A stretch of 64,000 nt of DNA from an uncultured cyanobacterium (lineage in GTDB: Bacteria > Cyanobacteriota > Cyanobacteriia > Phormidesmidales > Phormidesmidaceae), in contig CAWBZI010000002.1 of NCBI GenBank assembly GCA_963793265.1, forward strand, positions 704,001-768,000, in the 5' to 3' direction. The notes under the pieces were generated by a model. It did no database searches, was not told the DNA's origin, and worked only from the letters and a program-made list of their open reading frames with translations. A program made the translations under genes and the position numbers. The stretch's first letter is position 1. Every line of letters starts with the position of its first letter. Of the stretch, positions 9,194 through 19,500 are shown one piece after another.

Positions 9194-11293
9194 GTGTTTT
9201 TTTTACTGACATCCCTGCTTGTTTCCATATACGGACAGGTCTTTATGCCTCCTACTCCAGACCTTCAAGGCTCTACTAACCAAACAACTCATCAAGCCTC
9301 GCGCGTTTCTCACGGGCGAAGCTGGCTAAAAACTGGGGCCGTTACCAGTGCCGCTGCTGGGATGGTGCTGCCGCTGGTGACTGAGCAGGCTGCTGCCTAC
9401 CCAAACGTATCTACTGAAACCGCCACCACTACGCAGGCGGATCAAACAAAGCGGCCATCTACAGAAGCCGCCACTAATCGCAGCCAAGGCGTCCGTCCGG
9501 CAGCTAATCCGAATACTCAAGCTAGGTTCAGCGCGAATGCCGCTGCGGCTTCACAGCTTCCTTTAATTACGCAGAGTGCAGACGGTAGCTGGACACTGAC
9601 CCGCCAGCCTGATGCGACCGTGCGATCGCAATCCACTCTCACTCAGCTCTCTGCTGCTGCCGCTAGCACCCAGCAAAAGTGCGCCGACAAAAACTGCCGG
9701 GGTCTTACCTTCATTGACGGTCAGCTCCCTAAAGCACAGAGGGAAGTAGAAGCATTGCAGGCCAAAATCCGAGACTTTGAGGCCCGTTACGCGCAGCAAG
9801 ACATGACGGCATATCAGCAGGCGTTAGCGAGCCGCCTTGCCGAAATTACTCAGCAAAAAAGCCAGCTTGCTATTAGCACTGACCAAACTCAGCAGCGCAT
9901 TACTCAGATCAAAGTACAGCTTGCCAATATGGACGCTGAGATTGGGCTTGCCGAGAAGGCGCTTGCTGAAGATGTGGCCTATCAAACGGCCTGGGACAGG
10001 TTGGCGCGTTCAGAGAACGACCTGCTTGAAGAATTTAGTAAAGTCGATATTGATGCGACGGCGCTTAACGAAATTTACGGCGACTACGAATATAACCAGC
10101 GCGTGCTGGCAGAAAAGGCCACCGAAGCACTCGGCAGCTATCTATCTCAGCAGGGCACCAACATCCCTAGCTTTATTCAGCGTGTGCCTGAGTCGGCAAG
10201 CTACGTGCAGGCTTTGGCTGTCGCTACGCACGAATATAAAGTGCAACAGCTCAGACAAAATACCATTGGTCAGATTGAACGCAGGCTTAAAACTCGCCAG
10301 GCTTCACTCGCAGGGAATGTGGGCGAATACGAGCAGCTACAGCGTCAGTTAGAAACGGCCCTTAGCACCCTGAATCGCTACGAGCAGGAACGTAATGCGA
10401 TCGCAATCAGAGGCCAGCGGGCTCAGCAGCTCAAAACACAAAGCGCCACTGCTTTGAACCGTGCCAAGGAGATAGCGCCGAAGCTTCCTAACGGCTCGAC
10501 CGCCCAAGCAATTATCTATACGGTGCTAGCAGCAGGCGCCGTTGCGGCTATTAGCGCCTATCGCAAGACGAAAAGGCCGACTGCTATTCCTATTCTTGAG
10601 CTGAACGGCGTCAATCTGCAAAGTGGCGGGCAAGCTAGCAAACCAGCAAAGTCGTTTAACTTTGCAGCAGATAGTTTGAAGCGATCGCAGCCTGAAATGC
10701 AGCTTGCGGGCGTTGGCAATATGGCGATCGCATCCCAAACTCTCACGCCCAAAACCAAAGGGCTCAAAACACACGATCATCAGCTCAGCCTAGATGAAAT
10801 ATTAGAAGGGAAAGCACCCGTCGAGGAGTCTACTGATGACTTTGAAGCACGGATACTCGCTGAGCTGATGGAAATTACGAACCAGTCAGTGCAGGTTGTC
10901 AGCGAGCCGGGTAAAGACGAGCCAGATCAAGCGGATCAGGCGGAGGCGAATATGGAGACAGAGAGCTTAACTGACGATCTTGCGATTGAGATGATGTCGC
11001 GTGAGCTGAGTGAACTGATAGAGCGCTCGACGCCAGAAGGGAGTTTGACCCATGAGATTAATGCGCGGGCGATCGCGCCGGTTAAACTATCGCTCGACGA
11101 CGTTGACCTATTCGCTGAGCACGCTATTCGCTGGATTCTCAAAGATCTTGGCCTCGCCCGCCCGGTGGCGACGTTGAGCCCAGCTGAGGCCGACTTCAGA
11201 ACAGCAGCAGGCGTTCCTCTAGATGAGGATCTTGTAGACGAAGCTATTGACATTGAATCATTGGAGCTGGTTTATGCTGAGGCGCTGGCTTAA
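9194..11293 (+). CDS. Coiled-coil membrane protein with GumC/Wzc-like segment
   Basis: FIDGQLPKAQREVEALQAKIRDF coiled coil, one TM segment (AIIYTVLAAGAVAAISAY), acidic tail; likely start ATG at 9245. Confidence 0.6.
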   Translation: MFFLLTSLLVSIYGQVFMPPTPDLQGSTNQTTHQASRVSHGRSWLKTGAVTSAAAGMVLPLVTEQAAAYPNVSTETATTTQADQTKRPSTEAATNRSQGVRPAANPNTQARFSANAAAASQLPLITQSADGSWTLTRQPDATVRSQSTLTQLSAAAASTQQKCADKNCRGLTFIDGQLPKAQREVEALQAKIRDFEARYAQQDMTAYQQALASRLAEITQQKSQLAISTDQTQQRITQIKVQLANMDAEIGLAEKALAEDVAYQTAWDRLARSENDLLEEFSKVDIDATALNEIYGDYEYNQRVLAEKATEALGSYLSQQGTNIPSFIQRVPESASYVQALAVATHEYKVQQLRQNTIGQIERRLKTRQASLAGNVGEYEQLQRQLETALSTLNRYEQERNAIAIRGQRAQQLKTQSATALNRAKEIAPKLPNGSTAQAIIYTVLAAGAVAAISAYRKTKRPTAIPILELNGVNLQSGGQASKPAKSFNFAADSLKRSQPEMQLAGVGNMAIASQTLTPKTKGLKTHDHQLSLDEILEGKAPVEESTDDFEARILAELMEITNQSVQVVSEPGKDEPDQADQAEANMETESLTDDLAIEMMSRELSELIERSTPEGSLTHEINARAIAPVKLSLDDVDLFAEHAIRWILKDLGLARPVATLSPAEADFRTAAGVPLDEDLVDEAIDIESLELVYAEALA

Positions 11294-11402
11294 GAACTAA
11301 GACGTGGGAGCTAGCGGAATGCTTGCGTTCTTCTTTTTAGTAGAGTCTTTAGGACGGAGATTTTGCTATAGTCCATAGCTTATTCTCCTCAAAAGCTTTG
11401 CT

Positions 11403-13187
11403 ATGACTCCCACTTCTCGCCAGCCCTTTAAGCGTTTGTTGGCCTACGGCCATCAATACCGTAACCGGGCGTGGCTAGCTAGCCTTTGTTCTGTCCTTAA
11501 CACCGTATTCGACCTTGCGCCCCCCGCTTTAATTGGCGTTGCGATTGACATCGTAGTCGATCAGCAAAACTCTCTTTTGGCCCAGTGGAGCATCACGGAC
11601 TTAAGAACGCAATTCATCGTTCTTTCTCTCCTCACCTTTTTGGTGTGGGTACTCGAATCTGCCTTTCAATACGCCTACGAGCTGCTATGGCGTAACCTCG
11701 CCCAGTCTATGCAGCACGATTTGCGTATGGACGCTTACCAGCACGTGCAGCAGCTAGAACTCGCCTACTTTGAAGACCGCAGCACGGGCGACTTGATGGC
11801 AATGCTCAATGACGACATCAATCAGCTAGAACGCTTTTTAGACGTAGGCGCAAACCGTATATTGCAGATGATTGCAACCGTGTTGATTATTGGTACGACC
11901 TTTTTCATCCTCGCGCCAACCTTAGCCTGGATGGCTGTGGTGCCGATGCCGATTATTATTTGGGGCGCGATCGCCTTTCAAAAGTACCTCACCCCCCGCT
12001 ACGCCAGCGTCCGCGAAAGAGCGGGCCTGATCAACGCTCGCCTAGCCAACAACCTCACCGGCATCTCAACGATTAAAAGCTTCACTTCCGAGGGTTACGA
12101 ACTAGAACAGCTTCGGCATGAAAGTAACGCCTACCGAAAGAGCAACAAACGCGCGATTGTCCTCAGCGCGGCCTTTCTTCCCCTCATCCGTATCGTCATT
12201 TTAATCGGCTTCACTGGCATTCTCTTTTATGGTGGACTTGCTACCGCCGCCGGGAACATAGAACCCGGCACCTACACTGTTCTAGTCTTTCTCACTCAGC
12301 GGCTACTCTGGCCGCTCACGCGGCTTGGTGAAACGCTCGATCAGTACCAACGCGCCATGGCTTCCACACAAAGGGTTATGAACTTGCTTGACACGCCGAT
12401 TGCTATCCCAACCGGCACCGTGGCCCTACCGCCAGCTCAAGTAAGCGGTGGTATTGTGTTTGAGAATGTCACCTTTGGCTATAGCGATCGCCAGCCTATT
12501 CTCAACAATCTTTCTCTGAAGATTCCCGCTGGTAAAACAACCGCCATCGTAGGGGCAACCGGCTCAGGAAAAAGCACCCTTGTAAAACTGTTACTTCGCT
12601 TTTATGAAGTGAACTCAGGCCACATATTTTTAGATGGATTAGACCTTCAATCACTAGACTTCAGAGATCTTCGCCGTTCCATCGGTCTTGTGAGCCAGGA
12701 TGTCTTTTTGTTCCATGGCTCAGTTGCTCAAAACATCGCCTACGGCAGCTTTAATGCCACCATGGCTGAAATCACAGCGGCGGCAAAAATTGCAGAAGCG
12801 CACGACTTCATTGAGGGACTACCGTCTGGGTACGAAACCGTTGTAGGAGAACGGGGACAAAAGCTCTCAGGCGGACAGCGGCAGCGGCTAGCGATCGCCC
12901 GAGCCCTGCTCAAAAATCCTCCTATCCTCATTCTTGACGAAGCCACCTCAGCCGTGGATAACGAGACAGAAGCCGCGATTCAAAAGTCTTTAGAGCGCAT
13001 TACTCAAGATCGAACCGTGATTGCGATCGCCCATCGCCTTTCCACCGTTCGCAATGCTAACTGCATCTATGTAATGGAACAGGGCAAGCTTGTTGAAAGC
13101 GGTACGCATGAACAGTTGTTAGATAAGAATGGTTTATATGCAGGGCTTTGGAGAGTTCAAACCGGGGAGCCAATGAGGGTCAGCTAG
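11403..13187 (+). CDS. ABC transporter ATP-binding/permease (MsbA-like exporter)
   Basis: TM domain plus [21 protein letters not shown] and IAHRL motifs. Confidence 0.95.
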   Translation: MTPTSRQPFKRLLAYGHQYRNRAWLASLCSVLNTVFDLAPPALIGVAIDIVVDQQNSLLAQWSITDLRTQFIVLSLLTFLVWVLESAFQYAYELLWRNLAQSMQHDLRMDAYQHVQQLELAYFEDRSTGDLMAMLNDDINQLERFLDVGANRILQMIATVLIIGTTFFILAPTLAWMAVVPMPIIIWGAIAFQKYLTPRYASVRERAGLINARLANNLTGISTIKSFTSEGYELEQLRHESNAYRKSNKRAIVLSAAFLPLIRIVILIGFTGILFYGGLATAAGNIEPGTYTVLVFLTQRLLWPLTRLGETLDQYQRAMASTQRVMNLLDTPIAIPTGTVALPPAQVSGGIVFENVTFGYSDRQPILNNLSLKIPAGKTTAIVGATGSGKSTLVKLLLRFYEVNSGHIFLDGLDLQSLDFRDLRRSIGLVSQDVFLFHGSVAQNIAYGSFNATMAEITAAAKIAEAHDFIEGLPSGYETVVGERGQKLSGGQRQRLAIARALLKNPPILILDEATSAVDNETEAAIQKSLERITQDRTVIAIAHRLSTVRNANCIYVMEQGKLVESGTHEQLLDKNGLYAGLWRVQTGEPMRVS

Positions 13188-15151
13188 TCTCTTAGCGCCT
13201 CAAGATTGCCTTGAGCGCTGCTAGCGGCAGACGCATCGCCCTGACCCTGGTAAAGCGCGATCGCCTGTTCAAAGTCAGCCTGAGCCTCGCGCCGATTACC
13301 CGACTGAGCCGCTGCCGACCCCCGCAAGTAGTAAGCATCTGCATTGCGAGGATTCAAGGTAATGACTCTTGAAACAGCGCGCGCGGCTTCTCTGTAGTTA
13401 GCCGCCTCAAAATAAGCCTGCGCCTGCTCTAAGTAAGTGCGCTCGTAATTGATTCCTCTAAACCGCCGCTCCAGGCTAGAGATAGCGTTAAAGCTGCCAG
13501 TCCGATAGCCGTAAACGGCCGGTCTGTAGCCCATTGCCTGACGCACTTCGTCATTGGTAATTGTCTGCAAAGACTTGCCATCAGCGATCGCCTCAGCCAT
13601 CGCGATCGCCAGCCCCTCACCCACGCTCACATTAAACTCAACAATCCGCCCCGCCGTCGTGCCCAGTCCGCCAAAACCAGAAGCCGGGCCTAACACCGCC
13701 AAATTCTCTTTCTCTCTTGGCAAAGTATGACGGAAGCCGTAGTTAAACACGGGCATTTGCTCAAAGTTCAGCAGCCGCAAAGCCGTCTCATTGAGCCGGT
13801 CGTCTAGTCCCTCAATGCCGCCACGGTCGTCTAGATGATAGCCAAACGTTCCGAGCGCTTCATTTTGAGGCACCCCGCCTGCGGCCATCAGCGTTGCCGA
13901 TAGCTCATCAATCGGGTTGGCAATGTGCCCAGCGTTGCGGATGTATAGCTCCTCCATCACCTCAACTCGGGGGACGCCCATTTTGCCAAAGAGATCTTTT
14001 ATCTCAGCGGCCATGGCCCGAATCTCTCCATTGGGCGCACCGCCTGAAGAGCTAAGCTGCTGCGCGGTTTGAGAATTTGCGTAAAACAACAGCGCATTAA
14101 AGCTTAAACGGTCGTCCAAAATGGCGATATTGGCCCGATCAAACAAAAAGCCTGACGATTTGAGGTCGTATTCTTTGCCTAAGTAGCCATGTACCAAAAT
14201 GCTGAAGGCCAAAGAGCGTACATCAGCAGAATCAGGGGTGCCCTGGTAAAGGAGTTTGGGAGTGCGATCACGATCAATCAAGCTATTCAGTAGCTCTTGC
14301 CGCTTCTCGGGGTCATTCCCACTGGCTACCGATAGCCACTGCTGCGCCTGCGTATCTTGCGGATCAAAAAAGCGGTAGATCATTTCGAGTTCTACCGCTT
14401 TTAAGCGCTCAATATCAACGTTGTACAGATCAAAAATTAGACCCATGCTCAACGTACTATCAGGAAAGCCCAGCGCCTCTAATCCTTGAGACATTGCAAC
14501 GCCGCTTGCTGCTGCTAGCTCACCGCTTTGGCTCGCGTCAATAAACTGCTTGGCTGCGTAAGTTTTACCATTACTTGTCAGCGCGCATACCAAAGTGCCC
14601 GCCGTTTGCACCTCGCCTAAGTCAGCTTTATCAATCACCGTGATGCCCTCACTGCGGAGCACGCGCGCAAAATTGCGAGTGACTACAAAGCGATCGAGCG
14701 CAATCGTGTTAACCCCGCCCAGTGAGAGAAATTCTTGATACAGGCGGCTGGGACGGCCAAAAATACCGTATTGCGATCGCAGCGCAGGCGGCACCTGATT
14801 GCGGTCGAGGTAGGCCAGCCCGCCTCGTACTAAGTGTCCGCCGATGCCTTTGGCCGTGTCGCCTTCAGTAATTAAAGCGACCTGATTACTCTGGCCTCGG
14901 TTGCCCAGCTCTCGCTTTAGCTGTAGCGCTGTCATTACGCCCGGCACCTCATCACCAAACACAATCGCGTCGTAGCCCTGCGCGTTGGGAATGGCGGGGC
15001 AAGTTGGCTGAGCGGATGACTCACCAGGCTCTACGCCTTCAGCTTTTGCAATTTCGGGCACCTGCTTAGATACCTGCGCGATCGCAGAGGTTTGCCCAAA
15101 TCCTGCTGCCAGCGCAACGCCAACAGACAAAGAAAGTAAAAACTTCCGCAT
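13184..15151 (-). CDS. Secreted FAD-dependent oxidoreductase-like protein with C-terminal TPRs
   Basis: Signal peptide, [12 protein letters not shown]ossmann-like start, [14 protein letters not shown] ([12 protein letters not shown]). Confidence 0.75.
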   Translation of the reverse strand: MRKFLLSLSVGVALAAGFGQTSAIAQVSKQVPEIAKAEGVEPGESSAQPTCPAIPNAQGYDAIVFGDEVPGVMTALQLKRELGNRGQSNQVALITEGDTAKGIGGHLVRGGLAYLDRNQVPPALRSQYGIFGRPSRLYQEFLSLGGVNTIALDRFVVTRNFARVLRSEGITVIDKADLGEVQTAGTLVCALTSNGKTYAAKQFIDASQSGELAAASGVAMSQGLEALGFPDSTLSMGLIFDLYNVDIERLKAVELEMIYRFFDPQDTQAQQWLSVASGNDPEKRQELLNSLIDRDRTPKLLYQGTPDSADVRSLAFSILVHGYLGKEYDLKSSGFLFDRANIAILDDRLSFNALLFYANSQTAQQLSSSGGAPNGEIRAMAAEIKDLFGKMGVPRVEVMEELYIRNAGHIANPIDELSATLMAAGGVPQNEALGTFGYHLDDRGGIEGLDDRLNETALRLLNFEQMPVFNYGFRHTLPREKENLAVLGPASGFGGLGTTAGRIVEFNVSVGEGLAIAMAEAIADGKSLQTITNDEVRQAMGYRPAVYGYRTGSFNAISSLERRFRGINYERTYLEQAQAYFEAANYREAARAVSRVITLNPRNADAYYLRGSAAAQSGNRREAQADFEQAIALYQGQGDASAASSAQGNLEALRD

Positions 15152-15337
15152 AAAAAACCCTTAACCTGAGGCCAAAAACCGACAAACAGTAAAATACTAT
15201 AGAAAAGACACTATAGGAATTGCCGTAAAGATCGTGTGATCTGTGTACAACATTACAATGCTATCTGCCCCTTTCAGCAAGCTTAGGGTACTTATGATCA
15301 TGTATTCATCGACACTTTAAATTTAGCGAAACAGCCG

Positions 15338-16102
15338 TCAAATAATCAGCCAAACGGCCAGCCCCCAGAAGGGAACGAAGCGCAAAAGCCGTCTGCTGTC
15401 GTCTGCTGTCATCACAGCGCCCATCAGCCAGATTTGAAAGAGCCAAAACAAAATCAAATCTACGCAAAATGCAATCGTGACTCTATCGGTGGTGAGCTTG
15501 TGTAAAAAGTATTGAATGCGCTGGGTAATTGGGCCGAATTCAGGGCGCGCTATGCAAAACCAGGCGATCGCGCCTGTCCCGATAGTCAGCCCGATGACGC
15601 CAAAGACACGCGCCAGTAAACCCTTCTCGGGCTTGCTTTTTTCTGTGGGCTCAACCACCATCTCAGGCCCGCTCAATCTCAGCGCCATATACGGAATTAA
15701 AAACACGTTCGTTAGAAACATCGCCGCACTCCAGAGCAGCACTCTTGGCAAATTCCGTCCACGCGGGTCTAAAAGCAGCAGCGGCAAAAACATGAAGATC
15801 CATGCCTCTGCAAAGTTAAAGAAAGCCTCCGAAGCCGGATGCACCACAGGCCCGGAGATGCCGATCAGCGGCTCTAATACAAAGCCTAAAATAGGCACAA
15901 CAAAAAAGAAATTTAGCGATTCAGCCGCAATCTCTTTTAGCGTATCGGCCTGCACCGCCCAAATCGGTTCACCCGGCAGCAGTTGTCCTGGCGCAGAGAG
16001 CAGCAGCACCGCGACATACGTTACCACTAAAACCCATAGCAGCTTAGGAAGCCAGCGGTTAGAAGTGTCGTAAGTATTCTCTTCGTTAAGACTCTCAGAC
16101 AT
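15338..16102 (-). CDS. Conserved cyanobacterial polytopic membrane protein
   Basis: Multiple TM helices; SLNFFF, HPASEAFFN and FLTNVFLIPYMALR motifs. Confidence 0.8.
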   Translation of the reverse strand: MSESLNEENTYDTSNRWLPKLLWVLVVTYVAVLLLSAPGQLLPGEPIWAVQADTLKEIAAESLNFFFVVPILGFVLEPLIGISGPVVHPASEAFFNFAEAWIFMFLPLLLLDPRGRNLPRVLLWSAAMFLTNVFLIPYMALRLSGPEMVVEPTEKSKPEKGLLARVFGVIGLTIGTGAIAWFCIARPEFGPITQRIQYFLHKLTTDRVTIAFCVDLILFWLFQIWLMGAVMTADDSRRLLRFVPFWGLAVWLII

Positions 16103-16108
16103 CTCTTC

Positions 16109-16546
16109 TCAACTTCCTGGCTTCAAAAACTTCCGGGCCAGCGGCGTCACAGCTTTGATAATGGCAAACGCAACTTTACCTAGTTTCACAGGTGACTCCA
16201 CTACGTCGCGCCCGTAGATCAACAGCCCAGACTCAGGAGACATTTTATAAAAGCTTGCCCCGCGCGTATTCGGGAAAACAGCGCCGCCCAATTCCACATG
16301 CCAGGTTATACCGACCGACAGCTCGCCGCCTGTTGTGATCTCATCAATCACAAACTTAAAGTCGTCCGGCACGCTGCTAATAGAGTCTTCAAAAAGCTTT
16401 CTAACCGCTGCTTTGCCGCTAAAAGCGCTTGGAAAGTTGAGGTCTTGATAGACGCAGTTCTCATCCACATAAGTCATCGCCGCATCTAAATCGCGCTGAT
16501 TAATAGCGGCATACAGAGCGGTAATTTTCTCATTGGCTGACATCAT
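16109..16546 (-). CDS. SnoaL-like/NTF2 family protein
   Basis: YAAINQRDL..A, C.YQDL, VGITWHVE, RGASFY and YGRDVVE motifs. Confidence 0.88.
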   Translation of the reverse strand: MMSANEKITALYAAINQRDLDAAMTYVDENCVYQDLNFPSAFSGKAAVRKLFEDSISSVPDDFKFVIDEITTGGELSVGITWHVELGGAVFPNTRGASFYKMSPESGLLIYGRDVVESPVKLGKVAFAIIKAVTPLARKFLKPGS

Positions 16547-16592
16547 GGGAAAACTGAAGATGCTGTGAGGATGTTAGATCAGGTGTTGACAT

Positions 16593-19500
16593 ATGGATGC
16601 GATCGCTCAACCCAAAGGCTATCGCCTTAGCGAAAAACTCTACGAAGGATCACGCACCTTAGTGTACAGAGGATTGCGCGAGCGCGACCAGCAGCCTGTT
16701 GTGATCAAATTTGTTAACGACGCCTTCCCCAGCTATAGCGAGCTGATTAAATTCAGCAGTCAGTATAGTATCGTCAAAGACCTTGATCTGCCAGAATTAG
16801 TGCACTCACTGGCTCTCATTCCTCACGGCAACGCCAGCGCTTTAGTCATGGAAGACTTTGGCGGCATCGATCTCAATCATTTTTTAGACCAAGAAAGTCA
16901 GCAAGGTCACTTAGATCGCAAGCTTGGTAACAGCCGCGCTGGGCTTATCCTCTTTTTCCAAATCGCGATTCAAGTGACTGAAGCGCTAGCGGGTATTAAC
17001 CGCGCCAGAATCATTCACAAAGACATCAAGCCTGCTAATATTCTTATTCATCCTCACAGCCTGCAAGTTAAGCTAATTGACTTCAGCATCGCCTCTACCC
17101 TCCCGCGCGAGATTCAAGAGATTCAAAACCCAAACGTTTTAGAAGGCACGCTGGCCTATCTCTCGCCTGAGCAAACGGGTCGGATGAATCGCGGGATTGA
17201 CTACCGCAGCGACTTCTACTCTTTGGGCGTCACCTGCTACGAACTCCTCACCGGGCAGCTTCCTTTTGTCTCTCAAGACCCGATGGAAATTGTGCATGGG
17301 CATTTGGCCAAGCGGCCCGTCTCGCCGTATGAGCTGAGCGGTGAAGCGATGCCGAAGATAGTGTCAGATTTGGTGCTGAAGCTGATGGCGAAAAATGCTG
17401 AAGATCGCTACCAGAGCGCTTTTGGATTGAAGCATGACTTGGAGAGATGTTTGTATGAGCTGAAGGAAACTGATCACATTGAGCCCTTTCGGCTAGGACA
17501 AAAAGATGCGAGCGATCGCTTCCTACTCTCCGAAAAACTCTACGGCCGTCAAACTGAGGTTTCTCACCTGCTAGCGGCCTTCGATCGCGCCAGCCAGGGC
17601 AACACCGAACTGATGCTGATTGCAGGCGCATCGGGCATGGGCAAAACTGCCGTGGTCGGTGAGGTGCACAAGCCTATCGTGCAGCAGCGCGGCTACTTCA
17701 TTCAAGGTAAGTACGACCAGCTTGAGCGCAGTGTGCCGCTATCGGCTTTCATTCAAGCTTTTAGCGAGCTAGTCAAGCGATTGCTCAGCGAAAGCGATGC
17801 ACAAATACATCAGTGGCAGCAACAGATTACGCAGGCGCTAGGAGAAGATGTTCGAGCGCTGGTTGACATTATTCCTGATTTGGCAAATATTGTCGGCCCT
17901 TGTTGTCAATCAGTGATTGAAGAGAATGCGCCTTCACCTTCTGTTCAAGAGAGAGCGGTTGCCGAAAATCGGCTGAACTGTCTGATTCAAAAGTTTGTGG
18001 AGATTTTTACGCGATCGCAACACCCCTTAGTCATCTTTCTAGACGACCTACAGTGGGCCGACACCGCCTCGCTTGAACTGTTACAGCTTTTGATGAAAGA
18101 TGACGGTCACTTACTTATTATCGGAGCCTACAGAGATAACGAAGTCAGCAGTAGCCATCCTCTCATCACTAGCTTAGAGAGCATCCGCACCGCTCGCATT
18201 CGGGCCACTCGCAAACCCAACATCAACCTGCTCACGCTCTCTCAGCTCAATGAAATAGACCTTACCCACCTAGTTGCAGATACGCTTTTTAGCTCTCAAG
18301 AACTTGCCGTACCCCTAGCCGAACTCATCTATCAAAGAACAGGTGGCAATCCATTCTTTGCACGTCAGCTCTTAGTCGCGCTTCAAGCTGAAAACCAGAT
18401 CTGCTTCAATCCTAACGCTCGTCATTGGCAATACGATTTATCTCAGATAAAAGCAGCACTGCCCACCGACAGCATTCTAGAACTCATGAGTTTGCGGCTA
18501 AAAAAGCTGCCAATAGCCACCCAAACAACCCTCCAGCTTGCCGCCTGTATCGGCGCTCAGTTTGACCTGGCAACGCTAGCAACCGCCGCTGAACAGCCAT
18601 CAACAACCGTTGCTACCAACCTCTGGCTTGCCCTACAAGAAGAACTTGTTGTACCCATTGACAACGGCTATCGTGCGTTCACGCTTCAAGATACGGCAGT
18701 CATAGCAACTGTTAATCCAACCTATCGTTTCTTTCACGACCGCATACAGCAAGCGGCCTACGGGCTTATGGAGCCAACAAAGCAGGCTCAGACACACCGC
18801 AGCATTGGGCACCGGCTACTTCAACAAAGTGATTCGAGGCGTGAGCTAGATAAACAACTTTTTGATATCGTCAACCATCTCAATCAGGGCATTGAGCTGA
18901 TAGAAACAGAGGAAGAGCGTGATCGCCTAATTACCCTGAACCTTAGCGCCGGACGAAAAGCCAAGACTACCTATGCTTACAGCGCCGCGCTTAGCTACAT
19001 AAAAACGGGCATTGAGCGACTCTCACCCCGTCATAGGTGGCAAACCGATTGCGCACTCGCACTCTATAACGAAGCTGCTGAAGTGGCTTATCTTATTGGC
19101 GACTTAGTAGCCATGCAGGCATACATCGATAAAATCTTGCAGCAAGACATTCCTCTACTCGACAAAGTTCGCGCCCACGAAATTCATCTTCAGGCCACTA
19201 TTAGCCAAAATTACTTTCTCCAAAGCGTAGACACCACACTCGATCTATTAGATCAGCTCGGAGAGACAATTCCTCACGCGCCTCAGCCTGACGAGATTCA
19301 ACAGTGCTTACAGATCACGGCACAGCGAATTCGTAAGCACAGCCTCGATACGCTCGTAGATCTTCCGGCAATGGAAGACTCGCAGTCATTAGTCATTGTT
19401 CGGCTGCTCAACAAAGCGATCTCAGCCGCCTACATTGCCAAGCCTGAAGTATTACCACTGCTAGTATGTGCTGGCATTAACCGCTGCTTGCAGTTTGGAA

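Noticed and set aside
15245..15258. TGTACAACATTACA (and TGTAAACTTACA near 47303) as NtcA sites
   Set aside because: Spacing does not fit GTA-N8-TAC
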